64,000 bases of DNA, from assembly GCF_963921235.1 (NCBI RefSeq), contig NC_086104.1:140058001-140122000 (forward strand), given 5' to 3'. The position numbers and the translations under genes are program-made. The stretch is from Mobula hypostoma (Eukaryota). Below the pieces are notes generated by a model, which did no database searches, was not told the origin of the DNA, and was given only the letters and a program-made list of their open reading frames with translations. Within the stretch, counting starts at the first letter, position 1. Each line of letters opens with the position of its first letter. Shown here one piece after another: positions 12,139 through 25,780 of the stretch.

Positions 12139-15100
12139 CTAGAAATGAAAAGAAAGCATTCTTAACATCTTGCCCCCTACCACATTCTCACAATCTTCTC
12201 AGTTGTGAGTCAAGTCACTCAGAGGCACAGCCTGAACAATGCAGAACTGATGGAGCGCTACTCTTCACACTGAGAGGCTAAAACATAGCCCGACAGTCAT
12301 CACACAACAAAATAAATTAAATCACACCTCTTCCACGGAACAGGCCTGGAATCCTTCCTGGTACTGTGGCCAAGATTACCATTGGGTCTCATTTCCCCAT
12401 GATCACGTGGGCTTCCTCCAATTTACTCCCACATTCCAAAGATGTATGGGTAGTAAATTATGGGCATGCAGTGTTGACTCCCAAATCATGGCAACACATA
12501 TCGGCTGCATATCATAATCCTCACTCATGTTTGGACAGCTATGGAGGCCAATTCATCGGTTATATTTAAAGTAGATATTGATCGGTTCTTGATTAGTAAG
12601 GGTGTCAAAGTTTACGAGGGGAAGGGAGGAGAATAGGTTTGAGAGGGTTAATAAATGAGCCATGAATGGTTGATTAGACTCAGTGGGCCAAATGGCCTAA
12701 TTCTGCTCCTATGTCTTATGGTTTCGTTGATTTGATGCAAGCAACATATTTCACAGAATGATTATTCCACACCACTAATTCTTTCCCCCTGTGCATTGCA
12801 GAAAGTAGCAATTCCATCACTGTCAGCTTTGCCTCCAGCTACTGACTCCAAACCCCTGAAATCCCCTTCCTAAACCAGTCTCTTTATTTTGCTTGTACTC
12901 TCTCCATTCTGCACCTTTTCCATCTCTGCCTCTCATCTCCAAGAAGATCCTTCAATCCTTTCACCATACATCACCAGTCCTAATTGATCTAGGGTACCCG
13001 ACATGTACCAGGTGTACATTGGCACTCCACTGAACTGCTTTATGTAATAAACACAGAGCTGCCCCTCCACCTCTATGCCTATGCCAACCAAAGACCAAGG
13101 GCAAGGTGGCATAGCATTCGTTTTCTTAAGTATAATGACAAGAGTTTGAATCCCATTACAGGACTAAATTCAATCTGTAGACAGCCAACTGTTTGGCTTT
13201 AAAATACAGAGGGAAATTTGTCCCTTGGTTATTGACCTCAAGGGTGGGCCTCTCAGACATGTTTTTATCAAGGAAAAAGGTCAACCAATATTTCATTTCA
13301 TAAAACAGTTCTTTCAGTTTTATAGCAATCAAGATCTATGCCAATTCTCAGACTAATCCCACTTCTTCAGTTTCCTATAGCCTAATCTCTCACTTGCCAA
13401 TGATTATACCTGGATTCCCCTACCAGCCATCTACAATCAGCCTACACAGGGAAATTTTATTTCCATATTCAGGCTCATCAACATCAAATTCATTTATGTA
13501 GTGTGTTTCATGCAGCAAGATCAACCAAATAGGTTTTTTTTTAATGCCAACTGACTCAACATAAAGAATTAAGAGTAGTAGGCCACAGTCCCCTCAAACC
13601 TGCCCTATAATTATGGCTCATTTACCCCAAGCCTCAACTCCTCCTCTATGCCAGATCCCACTGCCCTCAATCCCTAGATCTTTAAAATGCACCAAGCTTC
13701 ACTTTCAATACTTCTAAAGATTTGGCTGTCCATGACAGTTTTAAGATACATTCTCTTGAAGAAATCTCTAAGAATCTTAGCCCCTTAGCTTTAATCGGAG
13801 GAAGGTGCCAGAGTCTTGGGTCTTGCTCAAGGTTTGATCAGCGCAATTTGTGGATTGGACTCATTTTAGAGGACTCCGCAGTGCATGTTATGTATGTTTC
13901 TAGTTTTTTTTTTCCTTTTCCATTTTCTGTGATTTTGATCGGGGCAGACTCGTTCTGCGGCCTGCAGTTAACGTGTGCCACTGCAGTAAATTGAACTGAA
14001 CGTTCCTAGGCTGTTTCAAGGATTCTGCAGTTTGATGTTTATATTCTATGTGTTTCTCTCTCATTTGTTTGCACGATTTTGTTTTGCACATTGGACGTTT
14101 GATGTTTTCTTTGAACAGGTTCCATGCTTCTTTGTTTCATGGCTGGCTGCGGGAAGACGAATCTCAGAGCTTTATACAGCGTATCTACTTTGATAATAAA
14201 TCTTCGGAATCTTTGCGTTATGTCCCCTTGCTCAGGACTCTTCATCTAGTGAAAACATTGCAACATCATCCCTTGTCATGTCAAAGTTACAGGGGAACAG
14301 CAGATGACTGAAGGTGGTCAAGAGACTGGCAAGGAATGAAGCTTAGGAGGGAAGTCCAGAGCTTTGGGCTTTGGCAGCTGAAGATCGAGCCACCAGTGCT
14401 GGAGCAAGGAACAAACTCCACGCAGGGACAAACAAGAGGGCCACAGTTTGAGCAACAAAGAGATCTTGGAGAGCTACAGCGATGTGTAAGAGTAGACTTC
14501 AGGGCACAGTCAGCCACTGAAGCAATTTTTAAAAAAATGAAGTGCTGTTTAATCAGGAACCAATGGAGATCAGCAAGATCTCATAGGAGTTTAGCCAGGA
14601 GATTGAATTCTGAGACGGCATCTCTGTTGATTCACAGCTCAGAGTTACTTTATGTTTTTAACTGATTTTTTAGGTAAAGATTGTTTGGGAAATGGAGAGG
14701 AGTTAGGGCTTAGAGACAGGGATGTGGAGGAATTAAGGGGCAAGCCACAGTCCAAGTCTCTGTTGCATGTTTGAAAACAACGTGGATGTGCGACATCCAC
14801 GATCAGAGTGTATGAGGGCACCTCTCCCAAACCCTTCTCCCAAGGTCAGCAAGCTGCAAAAGGGTTCCGGAGTCAGGGATCCACCCAAGCAGGAGGGGCG
14901 TGCTCCGACGTCCCTGTGGGATCGTGAATCGGTGACACTGGAGTTCTTACCCTAGTGCTCAGGGTTGCATCATCGGTGAGTCCAGAGTTTGAGGCCTAAT
15001 ATTTGCCGATCGGCGTACCCTGGAATCAGGGCCAAATATCGAAGCCTGGAGGTTGAATTGGAAGTCCAGATGTAGAGGCCTTTTGGCCAGAGTGGAATCT

Positions 15101-15479
15101 GCAAATCTCTGGGGGTCTAAGCCCAATGGCTGCAGGCCCGAGTCACAGTCTGCTGGAGGCTGGAAGCCTACCCTGGGGTTAAAGGACTATGTGCTTGGGC
15201 GAGAGGGAGGAATGGGGCTTGTTTTTGCTGTGGCTGTTGTTTGATGCTTGTATTCAGTGTTGCTCTACTGAGCAGCAGGACGTGTGGCAACACCTGCAGG
15301 CTGCCCCCTCGGGTGTGACGGTTAATAATGTAAACAATGCATTTCTCTGTGTTTCAATGTACACATGCCAAATAAACATGAATCTTGAACAAAGGAAGGA
15401 GGCTGGGATCTACTCTCTCAATGCCTATACACTTCATTGATCAGACAGCCCATTTATTAAACATGTTCTAATCCAGCTG

Positions 15480-18400
15480 CACTAGCAGTGTGCCAGAAGT
15501 CCGCGAGTGTCAGGGAGCAGGAGTGAGTGCATTTGCTATTACAAAGGAAAAAGTTCCAGACAAGCTCAAAGGTCTTAAGGTGGACAAGTCACCTGGACCA
15601 GACTGACTACATCTCAGAGTCCTGAGAGAGGTTGCTGAAGAGATAACGGATATATTGGTCATAATCTTTCACTAATCACTTGATTCTGGCATGGTCCCAC
15701 AGGACAAATGTAAGAATCTTGCTAAGGATGAGGGTTCAATGTATTTGGAGGCTATTGATAAAATGAGTCAAAGTCAGCATGGTTTCTGTAAAGGAAAATC
15801 TTGCCTGACAAATCCTTTAGAGTTCTTCAAGCAAGGTGGACAAAGGAGAGGCAGTGGATTTCATTTACTTGGATTTTCAGAAGGTGTTTGATAAGTCGCC
15901 ACAGATGAGGCTGCTTACGAGATGAAATCCTGTGGTGTTACAGAAAGATACTAGCATGGATAGAGGAATGGCTGACAGGCAGGAGGCAGGGAGTGGGAAT
16001 ATAGGAGACCTTTTCTAGAGCGTCAATCTCTCTAATATTAAAGAAGGATAAAGATCCTTCTCAATGTGCATCTTATAGACCAATATCATTGTTAAATGTT
16101 GATTCTAAAGTTTTTCCTAAGTTATTAGCAAATAGATTAGAAAAAGTACTTCCTTTTATTATTTCGGAAGACCAAATGGGTTTTATTAAGGTCGTTACTC
16201 TTTTTATAATATTCGCACACTGTTAAATATTGTTTATACTCCCTCACAAAATATTCCTGAGTGTGTTATCTCTTTAGATGCTGAGAAAGCTTTTGATAGA
16301 GTAGAATGGCCTTATTTATTTAAGGTGCTTGAAATGTTTAATTTTAGCTCGAAATTTATATCCTGGATTAAACTGTTATATCATTCTCCTGTGGCCTCGG
16401 TCCGTACTAACTCTTTAAGCGCACCTTTTTTCCCTCTTTTTCGAGGTACTCGACAAGGTTGACCTCTTAGTCCTTTATTATTTGATATTGCATTAGAACC
16501 TCTTGCAATTGCCTTCGAGAATCTCCAAATATTACTGGGATAACTCGGGGCTTAAAGTCCCATAAAATATCACTCTATGCTGATGACTTACTTTTATATA
16601 TTTCTAATCCCCAAAAATCCATCCCTGCTGTTTTAGAGCTATTAGCACAATTTGGTTTTTTTTCAGGTTATAAATTAAATCTTAGTAAGAGTGAACTTTT
16701 CCCGATTAATAAACAACTTCCCTTATATCATAATTTTCCATTTAAATTGATTAATAATTATTTTTCATATCTTGGGATTAAAATTACTTGTAAATACAAA
16801 GATTTATTTAAGATTAACTTTTTACCATTAATTGACCATATTATTCAATTTTCATCTAAATGGTTTCCTTTATATTTAACTTTGATTGGTCGTATTAATG
16901 CCGTTAAGATGTTTTTTTTTGCCAAAATTTTTATATATATTTCAGGCATTACCAATCTTTGTTCCAAAATCTTTTTTTGATAAAGTTGACTCCAAAATTT
17001 CTTCATTTATTTGGCAAAATAAAAACCCGAGACTGGGTAAAAATACATTTACAGAAAGCTAAGAGAGATGGAGGTTTAGCATTACCTAACTTTAGATTTT
17101 ATTATTGAGCAATTAATATTCGACATATGAAATTTTGGTTACTTGACCAGGATATACTATCCATTCCTAAATGGGTAGCATTGGAATTACAATCTGTTCA
17201 GGGTTATACACTTGGCTCTATTTTAGGTTCCTCTCTTCCTTTTGATTTGAAACGCCTTAAACAGGTGTCTAACCCGATAGTTAAATATACTTTACGTATT
17301 TGGTTTCAATTTAGAAAATTTTTTGATCTTAACCAATTTGGGTTAGCGATTCCTATTTTAGGTAACATATTTTTTCCTCCCTCTTTTACGGATCGTGCTT
17401 TTCAAATTTGGAAGACTAAGGGTATTTCACGGTTTTTGGATTTATTTTTAGATGGTTCCCTTATGTCTTTTGAACAATTATCTAATAAATATAATTTATC
17501 AAGAATTCATTTTTTTAGATATCTACATGTTAGAAATTTCCTAAGTACTATACTTTCTTCCTTTCCAATGCTTCCTCCTACTTACATTTTAGATACTATA
17601 ATTAACCTTAATCCATGTCAGAAAGGTGCATCGGCTATGATTTATAATATTATTATGAAACTTAGGAAAGCTCCATTTGATAAGATTAGGGTAGATTGGG
17701 AACAGGAATTGGGGTTTATCATTTCCGTGGATGACTGGGGGCAGATTTTACAATTAGTCAATACTTCCTCTATCTGTGCTAAACATTCCGTAATTCAATT
17801 TAAAGTTGTTCATAGAGCACATATGTCCAAAGATAAATTAGCTCGCTTTTATTCTCATATCAATCCATTTTGTGATAGATGTCTGGGGCAGATAGCCTCT
17901 TTAACTCATATGTTTTGGTCTTGCCCTACTCTGGAAACTTTTTGGAGAGACATTTTTAATATTATCTCCAAGGTATTGAATATAGATATCTCTCTTCACC
18001 CTATTACTCCTATCTTTGGACTACCTAAAATTTCCAGTAATCTTTCTCCTTCAGCCCGTAGAATGATTGCATTTTTTACTTTAATGGCGAAAAGATGTAT
18101 CTTACAACATTGGAAAGAGCTTAATGCTCCAACTACCTTTTTTTGGTTTTCTCAGATGATATTATGCTTGAATTTGGAGAAAATTAGAAGCAATCTTTAT
18201 GACTCCTCATTGAAATTTGAACAGACCTGGAGATCTTTTATTCAATATTTTCATTTAATGTAATATATACCCTTCTTGATTTTTTTTTTACTGTTTTTAA
18301 TGGAGGTCGGGATTGAGGACGTGATTTTAAGTTTTTTAACTCTGTTTGGTTTCAAGTTAGCCCATTGCTTTGCTTTGCTTTTAGTTAGTTGCACGGTGGG

Positions 18401-19570
18401 TTTTTTTGGGGTTTTTTTTTTCCTTTTCTCTATTGATATATATATAAAAATTAGTATACTATTATGTTACCTTGGTACGTTATGGTTAAATTACATTGTT
18501 TGTATCATTTTTTTTGTATTAATATCTCCTGTAATTTTATTATATTCTAACAGTGTATTAGTGCCTATATGGCTTACCTTTTTGTATACTTATTCAATAA
18601 AAAGATTTAAAAAGAAAAGAAAGAAAGGAGACCTTTTCTGGTTGGCTGCTGGTGATTAGTGGCGTACCTCAGGGGTCAGTATTGGGACCACTACTTTTCA
18701 CATTGTTTGTCAATGCTTTAGACAACGGAATTGATGGGTTTTGTGGCAAAGTTCGCGAATGATACGAAGATGGTTTCTGAGGAAGCAAAGCGATTACAGC
18801 AGGACTTAGACAAATTGGAAGAATGGGCAAAAAAGGAGGTAGATGGAATAGTGTTGGGAAATATAAGGTAATGTATTTTGGTGAAAAGAACAATAGTGTG
18901 GGTTATTACCTAAATAGAGAAAAGGTTCAAACTTCAGAGGTGAAGAGGGACTTAGGAGTCCTTGTGAAAGACTCCCAGAAGGATAATTCACAGGTTGAGT
19001 CTGTGGTAAAGACGGCAAATGCAATGTTGGCATTTATTTCAATTGGAATAAAATACAAAAGCAAGGAGATAGTGCTGAGTATTTATAAGACACTACTCAG
19101 GTTGCACTTGGAGTACAGTCAAAAGTCTTAGGCCCTATATCTCAGAAAGGATGTGTTGTCAATGGAGAGAGTCCAAAGGAGGCTCATGAGGATGATTCCA
19201 GGAATAAGGAGTTAACATACGAGGAACATTTGGCAGCATTGGGCCTGTATTCACTGGAATTCAAAAGAATGCGGGGAGGGATCTAATTGAAACCTACCGA
19301 ATGTTAAATAGACTAGATAAGGAGGATGTGTAGAGGATATTTCCTATGGTGGAGGTATCCAGAACTAGAGGGCACAGCCTCAAAATTGAGGGTTGACCTT
19401 TTAGAACAGAAGTAAAGAGAAGCTGATTGTTTCCTGATTGGTCAGGGCATCAAAGGATATGGCGAGAAGACAGCTGTACGGGGTTGAATGGGATCCGGGA
19501 TCAGCCATGATGAAATGGCAGAGCAGACTCGATGGGCTGAATGGCCTAATTCAGCTCTGTTTTATGGTCC
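15480..19570 (+). mobile_element. CR1 LINE RT region split by an L1 insertion
   Basis: KSPGPD and QHGFCKGKSCLTN at 15.5-16.0 kb. Resumes at 18626 with PQGSVLGP and the CR1 3' UTR. Confidence 0.88.
16017..18625 (+). mobile_element. L1-clade LINE (second subfamily), 5'-truncated, nested in CR1
   Basis: RT motifs; 378-aa ORF ending in the zinc knuckle CDRC...HMFWSC; A-rich tail. 14-bp TSD AGGAGACCTTTTCT at 16003-16016 and 18626-18639. Confidence 0.93.
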
Positions 19571-19955
19571 ACACCATCAGGGTGGGGGAGCAACATCTTG
19601 TATCCCATCTGAGTACCCTCCCACCTGACCGTATGAATATCGCTTTCTCCTTCCAAAGAAAATTCCCACCCCTACTCTTCCTCCATTCCCCACTCTGATC
19701 TTTTACTTCTTCTCGCTTGCCTATTTCTTCCCCCTCGATCCCCTCCTCCTTTCCTTTCTCCTATTGTCCACTCTCCTCTCCTATTAGATTCCTTCTTCTC
19801 CAGCCCTTGACCTTTCCCATCCAGCTGGCTTCACCTATCACCTTCCAGTTAGCCTCTTTCCCCCCGCGCCCACCTTTTAATTCGACCATCTCCCCCCTTT
19901 CCCCAGTCCTGAAGAAGGGTCTCGGACTGAAACGACAACTGTTCACTCTTTGCCA
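19571..19955 (+). mobile_element. Penelope-like element 3' fragment with degenerate hammerhead
   Basis: Decayed EQHL..LG.L.PD.MNI endonuclease C-terminus, pyrimidine-rich UTR, and agtc-ctgaaga-agggtctcggact-gaaa-cgac at ~19905-19940. Confidence 0.75.
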
Positions 19956-20884
19956 GACCTTCTGAGTATGCAAGTGTATGTATAGTATATGCATATATAC
20001 AAAGCTGCTGAGCATTATAATCATTTGATTTTCTCTGGCCACAGTCGTTGAGCTCATCCATCCACTCCTATGCTCCGTTGTGCCCATTCACACTACTTGC
20101 TCTTGTCCCATGCTGAAAGTTATTTATCATGAATGCCCCCGCATCACAGCTCAAACAGCAAAATGCATTTAGAGAGCACAATGCATCCAAGCACTTCATC
20201 AGAACACCGTCCGATTCAGGAGGTGTTAGAAAGTGGTATGGTATGCGGGTTGGAGGGGGTGTGCGGTTCTCAGGCTGGGAGCCCCAGACAGTGAAGACAC
20301 GGCCGCTGACCGTGGAGCAATTAAAACTGGGGATGCAATAGGTCAGGACTGCGAGGTATGGAAATCAAATGGCCCCTGGCTTTGAGACTTTGCGACAAAA
20401 GAAATGGGTAGTGATGTCAGCTGTTGCCCGGGAGCCGAGCAGACAAAGAGCCGCTGATGGAGTTTCTCGATCAGTTTTCAGGCTGTCCTTTCCGGAGGCT
20501 CATCCCACAGAGCAGGTGGCTCAGAAGTGCAGGCCTCTGAATACAGACGTCTGTGTGAGCTCAGTGTGCAACAACAAAAATAAAAGGGGAACTCCAATCT
20601 CGGATTTAAGGAACTGCTGTGTACTTTCATGGGTAACATCCCAGAATAGAGTTGGTTCCTCAGTAACATTAGTTGCTATAAGAAAACACAACTCCCTGGC
20701 TGCACTCAGCTGCCCCCTCCCCCTCAGTTTTCACTGCCTGGAAAGAGGCCACTCTCCACTGGGGCCTAGCTCCTCCCCCCTGTAATCACCATGCTTCTCC
20801 TGGACAGTAGCTGCCAGCAGGTTATTACACTCCAAAGACCAACAGACTCTTGGCCTAATCCTTACCCGACACAAAATCCATATA

Positions 20885-21697
20885 CAGTGAATCCTAGTTC
20901 ATTGGTTCACATCAAGACCAGTCATTTCAACCCAATTAGGCGGCTGTCCCAATTAACATGGAAATAGTTAAAAACTTTAAAAAGACAAACTACCATTTAA
21001 CTAAGTAATAAATTAAGTATTTAAAGAAATACAGAACAAAGAACACTAACAATGCCACTACAGTCCTATAAAACTGTAGTTCCTGATCATTACTGATGGC
21101 AGGATTCATCTGATGTTTACGATGAAATTTTCTTTTCATTGACTGTAAGTGAACAAAATTAGCACAGACTCCTGGTGTGGATAATGGACTGCCTACATGC
21201 AATTCTTTTGACAATTGCATCCTCCAAATCTTCAGTGGTGTTTCAACATCCAAGATGATTCTTGATAACTTCAAATGCTTCATAGTTCTTAACTTGCTGA
21301 AGTAGTGAACACGTTTCACTTTCACTCCTGGCTGTTTCTGGCATCTCCAAGCCTGAATACTGAAACTGTTGTGAGCAAAACAGTTGTCTTACTGCTTATT
21401 TCTCACCAACTATCAGTGACAAAAGTCACTGCTTTTTGAACACAAAGCTGTGACTGGCAGTATTTTAAAAAAACTGTTCGCTCTAGCCACAGTGTTAAAA
21501 GGCCACACAAATGCATGCGACTGATGCTAGTTAGAAACTGTTCTGCAACAGTTTCTTGTACCAATTAAGCTGCATAGTATCCCAAATAAACAAAGGTAAT
21601 CCTGGCTATTATCTCAATTAGCTTTTGCTTTTTAAGAGTTATCCCAAGTAAGCAACTACCCAGATTAACTGATGGCCCAATTAACCAGAATCCACTG
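20885..21697. mobile_element. pogo/Tigger-like (Tc1/mariner) DNA transposon deletion derivative
   Basis: Imperfect TIRs CAGTGAATCCTAGTTCATTGG / CCAATTAACCAGAATCCACTG, preceded by TA, with subterminal cccaatta repeats. Confidence 0.7.
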
Positions 21698-21983
21698 TGT
21701 TGGAAACTTACATCCTGAGAGACGAGCATTCAGCCCCTCAGTTGCTGATCGATAGAATATATGCCTGAAGCTTGAAAAGCACTTTCTCACCCTGTCCTGC
21801 CTCACCCATTTGAATAAACTGTTCCAAAACAAAATTCTTCCACAATACTGTTACAATAAATGAAAACAAATGGACATAATAAAGAGACCAAATAATTAAT
21901 TCCCATCCACCAGAATCCAAAGATCAGCAATTTCTGGAATGTCCTGGATAGCCTTACAGAGTAAACAGCCCCTGCCTTGATAC

Positions 21984-22027
21984 CGGCTGAGGCAAAGTGG
22001 ATCCCCAAGTTCCAGGCTCTGTGACAT
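21984..22027 (-). CDS. RASSF2: RASSF2-like coding exon 1 (start codon; MSQSLELGDPLCLS+R)
   Basis: ATG at 22027-22025, then 14 codons + CG and a GT donor (phase 2) that matches the phase of the next exon. Candidate acceptors upstream would open the exon at 22041 or 22062. Protein similarity here is weak, so the call rests on phase and position. Confidence 0.7.
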
Positions 22028-22294
22028 GTTCACACTGTCCTCTGCAGAAAGCAGCTCCTTCTCTGCCCAAACACAGAAGATTAAGTGGCTGGCCACTGAA
22101 GTGCTGGTTGCTACTCAATCAACCATTTCACAGCTCTGAAATCTACGACCATGGCTTCTAGCTCTTAAGCTGAGTGGGGCTCAGGGGCCAGGACCTTGGT
22201 GTTTCTCAGTACCCCACTGGGTAATACGTCACAAATTGGACATTAAACCCAGATCTTGTGACCTTTGTCAAGGTGACCATTAGGATTTAAGTAG

Positions 22295-22862
22295 AGGTGG
22301 CGGAGGAAGGGTTCCTTAAGGTTGTTATAGCTGGGGGTGACAATGGGGATAAGCCCCCAATGGCGTGTGCCTCACATAGCCTCTGACAACCAAGTCCAGC
22401 TCTTGGCCTCCACTGCTAAGCCTGGTGGAATTATTTCTACTGACAGGAGAAAGGGCAAAGCTGGGTTACTGGCTCCTTAAAACCAGTTGCTTCGGGCCGA
22501 TGGGGCTCATCAGCCATGGTTGGCAGTTCAGCGTTTTCCTTCTCCTAGATGATCTCGAACCTTCGCTGCCTTGAGGCTACACCCACACGTGGAGAAGGTT
22601 TCCGGAGTAAACCCAGAGGGAAAGATCCAGAGCTGGAGTCCCTAAGGCAGTCAAGTTCAACACTGACGAGCAACTCCTGTGATGCTACTGGTGCCAATCT
22701 GTACCAGTCTCTGCCGTTCCTTTGTGTTCATTAGATGCACAAAGAAGGCGAGCTCGCTACGTGGGCAATAGCTTGCACTCTATATCGTGCTGCCCAGGCT
22801 TGCATATTTAGACGGCTAGGACACAATATCCATGGTTGATCCTGACCAACAGAGGCCTCAGA
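22295..22862 (+). mobile_element. Probable non-autonomous RTE-related retroposon
   Basis: GC-rich non-coding block resembling RTE/Expander-type UTR sequence; no ORF. Confidence 0.4.
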
Positions 22863-22914
22863 GAGTGGAAGAAGTGTGAGGAGACAGTCCTAGCTCTTAA
22901 TCCGCATTAAATAT

Positions 22915-23610
22915 TAAGGCTTCGGCAAATGAAACAACTCCAGTCGGCAGCCTTGCATCACGAACTAGAAAGCAATTGGGTATCAAACAATGACCACCTT
23001 CAAGACAGAGTCTAGTCATCTACATTCACCAAAGCCCCACCATCAACATCCTGGGGGTCACCACTGACCAGACATTGAACAGGACACCGACAAATATCTC
23101 AACTACAAGAGTAGGTCAGAGCTTGGTGCCCCTTGGTGAGCGACTCATTTTCTGACACCCAAAACTTTTCTACCACTTACAAGGCACAAGGCAGGAGTGT
23201 GAAGGAACACATTCCACTTGCCTGGATGAGTGCCTTGAGAACATCTCGATGGACGCTCAATATCACTCAGGGAAAAGCAGTGGCTTAACTGGCACCCCAT
23301 CCACCATTAATTCCCTTCACCACTGGCACAGTGGCTCAGTGTACCCCATAAGCACACCAATTTATTGCATACACACCTTCCAAACCGACTATATGGAAAG
23401 ATAAAGTCTTCACAGGGAAGGGAGCACCACCATCCGCAGTTTCCCCTGTAGCTCACACCATGTTGACGAGAAGACATTTGGTGACTCCTTCATCCTTGCT
23501 GGGTCCGACTTCCATAATTCACTCCCCAACACCATTGCAGAAGTTCAGGACCCCCTTCTCAAGGGCGATGAGAAATGGGCTTATCAGCAGCATCCAGATC
23601 CCAGAAGATA
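22915..23610 (+). mobile_element. Old L2/CR1-group LINE 3' fragment
   Basis: Decayed RT C-terminus (ILGVTTD, YKAQ.RSV.E, PLAWM). Confidence 0.55.
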
Positions 23611-23702
23611 ATGGATGTATGCAGTAAATAAAAAACACTGACTGCTCATCCAATTACACATCAGAGCTCATCCTCCAAATCAGAATCAGGTGTATTATCA
23701 TT

Positions 23703-23878
23703 CACACAAAATGCCAGAGGAACTCACCAGGCCAGGCAGCATCTATGGAAAAGGACTATCCTGACGAAGGGTCTCGGCCCAAAACATTGACTGTTTACTC
23801 TTTTCCATAGAAGCTGAGTTCCTTCAGCATTTTGCGCGCGTTACTTTGATTTCCAGCATCTGCAGATTTGCATGTTTG
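23703..23878. mobile_element. Fold-back Penelope terminal-repeat derivative
   Basis: Inverted arms cacaaaatgc...gcattttgcg around ctgacgaagggtctcggcccaaaacattgact (GAAA mutated). Confidence 0.75.
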
Positions 23879-24319
23879 TATTATCGTTGACATACACTAT
23901 GTCGTGAGTTTTGTCGCAACAGTAGAGTGCTAAACGAAAGAAAAACAAGTTATGAGAAAATAAACAAACAGTGCGAATAAGGTAGTTTCTACATGCAATC
24001 ACCATCTTCCTCAATTCCCAGCTACTTGGACACATCAATTTCAGCCTTGAATAGAGACCAGGTTTCACAACCTTCTGGTGTACAGGACACCAGTGGCTCA
24101 CATCCCTCCCACATGAAGAAATTTCCCTTCATTGCAATCTTGAGTGGCATATTGTCCCCTCCCTCTGTCCATGGACCTTCCAGTACAAGCGTCACGACAC
24201 TTGGGCGCAGATGATTCTTCACCACTTCTTTCTCTCCATACAAAATATCTTCATTAGAAATTCAGTGTTATAGATACACAAAACAATGACTAACACAGTT
24301 CACGATAAATGGACAATAC

Positions 24320-25780
24320 ACATTAAACCAAAATGTTTCCATCTCTATCAATGATGGAAATTACCCCCCGCAGAGCCCAATGGTCCCGGAACACCTCTAA
24401 GGTCGCTGTGGACTGCATGTGTTCCTTCTCAATATTTACCTGGGCACGAACGTACCCCCTAAACATTGCCAGGCAGTCTACCCAGGCAGATCCTCCCGCC
24501 ACCTGTTTCCAAGACCCACGGATGGCTGTTTTTGCCAGCCCCAGGAGCAAGTTGACAAGGAAATCCTCATCCCTCCATGCACCCCCTCCTTACTGGATGA
24601 CCGTATAAAAATAGGGTGGGGCTAAAATGCAACCAGAATGCAAGAAGCAGCCCACGCAGATGCGCTAAAAAGGGGCTGCAGTCTCACACATTCCGTGTAC
24701 ATGTGGTACACGGTCTCCTCCAGCCTGCAGAAGTGACATGCGGGTGGGAGATCTGTGTACAGACTGAAGAATTTATTGCAAGGCACCGCTCTAAGCAGCA
24801 GTCTCAACCACAGATCACCACGGTGGATGGGAAGAACTCCCTCATAAAGGGACTTCCATTGGGGACTCCCCTCACCTCCAGGTGGAAAGACAGACCGCCA
24901 AGGCATGTCGGGGTGGTGGACAAGATCTAGGAAGTGGAGGGCGTGGAGCAGCAGCCCAGAGAGGTACCCCCTGCTTGCATCCCTGAATGAGATTGTCAGT
25001 GTCGAGGAGAGACGGTTCAAGTTGTGTGGACTTGGCTCTCGGATAAGATTGCGCGGCCTGGGCCCGACAAGCAGCTCAGCCCGAGTCATTCCACACATCT
25101 GAGCCACATCGACATCCGTTGAGGTAGGGCAAGGGTCGGCCACGACTCCGCTCTCTGCCAGAGAAGGGGATTCCCGGCCTGAGGCAACCATGTTCCAGAC
25201 TCTCAATGGGTCCTGATAGAAGCCGGGCGTACTCCGCAAAGCAGCACGGCTGACACCTGCCAGTAGTAGCCGCATCTCTTCGTGAAGACAGCAGCCCCTC
25301 CGGAGGAAGAATGTCGCCAAAAAGTGCCACCTGGGAGGGTGCTCGGCGTACAGGAATTTCTGCAGGGTCCTGAGGCGGAGAGCCGCTAGTCGCATACGTA
25401 TGCACACCAGTGACTGTCCACCCTCTCCCACTGGGAGACTCAAGACCGCCGCAGAGACCCAGTGTTTCCTGTTACCCCAGAAGAAGTCCACTAACCTCCT
25501 CTGCATTCTCGTGACGAAGGGGGCAGGAGGGGTCAAGGTGACCATCCAGTACCACAACATGGAGGCCACCAGCTGGTTTATGACCACCACCTTGCCTCTT
25601 CACCACCGGGTGCTCAACCAGATACCTGGAAGAGGTGGCTTGCATAGACCCCATTTCTCATGCAACATCCTCATCCCTTACAACAGGCGCATGCTCGGCC
25701 ATCTACGGGACATGAGCTTGGAGTCCGATGGAACACTCTCCACTTGCTGAATGAGTGCCAAAGTTTCAACTCTTTGGAAG
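24320..25780 (-). mobile_element. Tx1-clade LINE ORF2 3' part
   Basis: INQLVASMLWY, LPVGEGGQSLV, W.SLY.GVLP, zinc knuckle CHFCRLEETVYHMYTEC. Confidence 0.88.

Noticed and set aside
17127-18263. 378-aa ORF as a host or domesticated gene
   Set aside because: It is the C-terminal part of L1 ORF2 in a 5'-truncated copy with TSD and upstream frameshifts.
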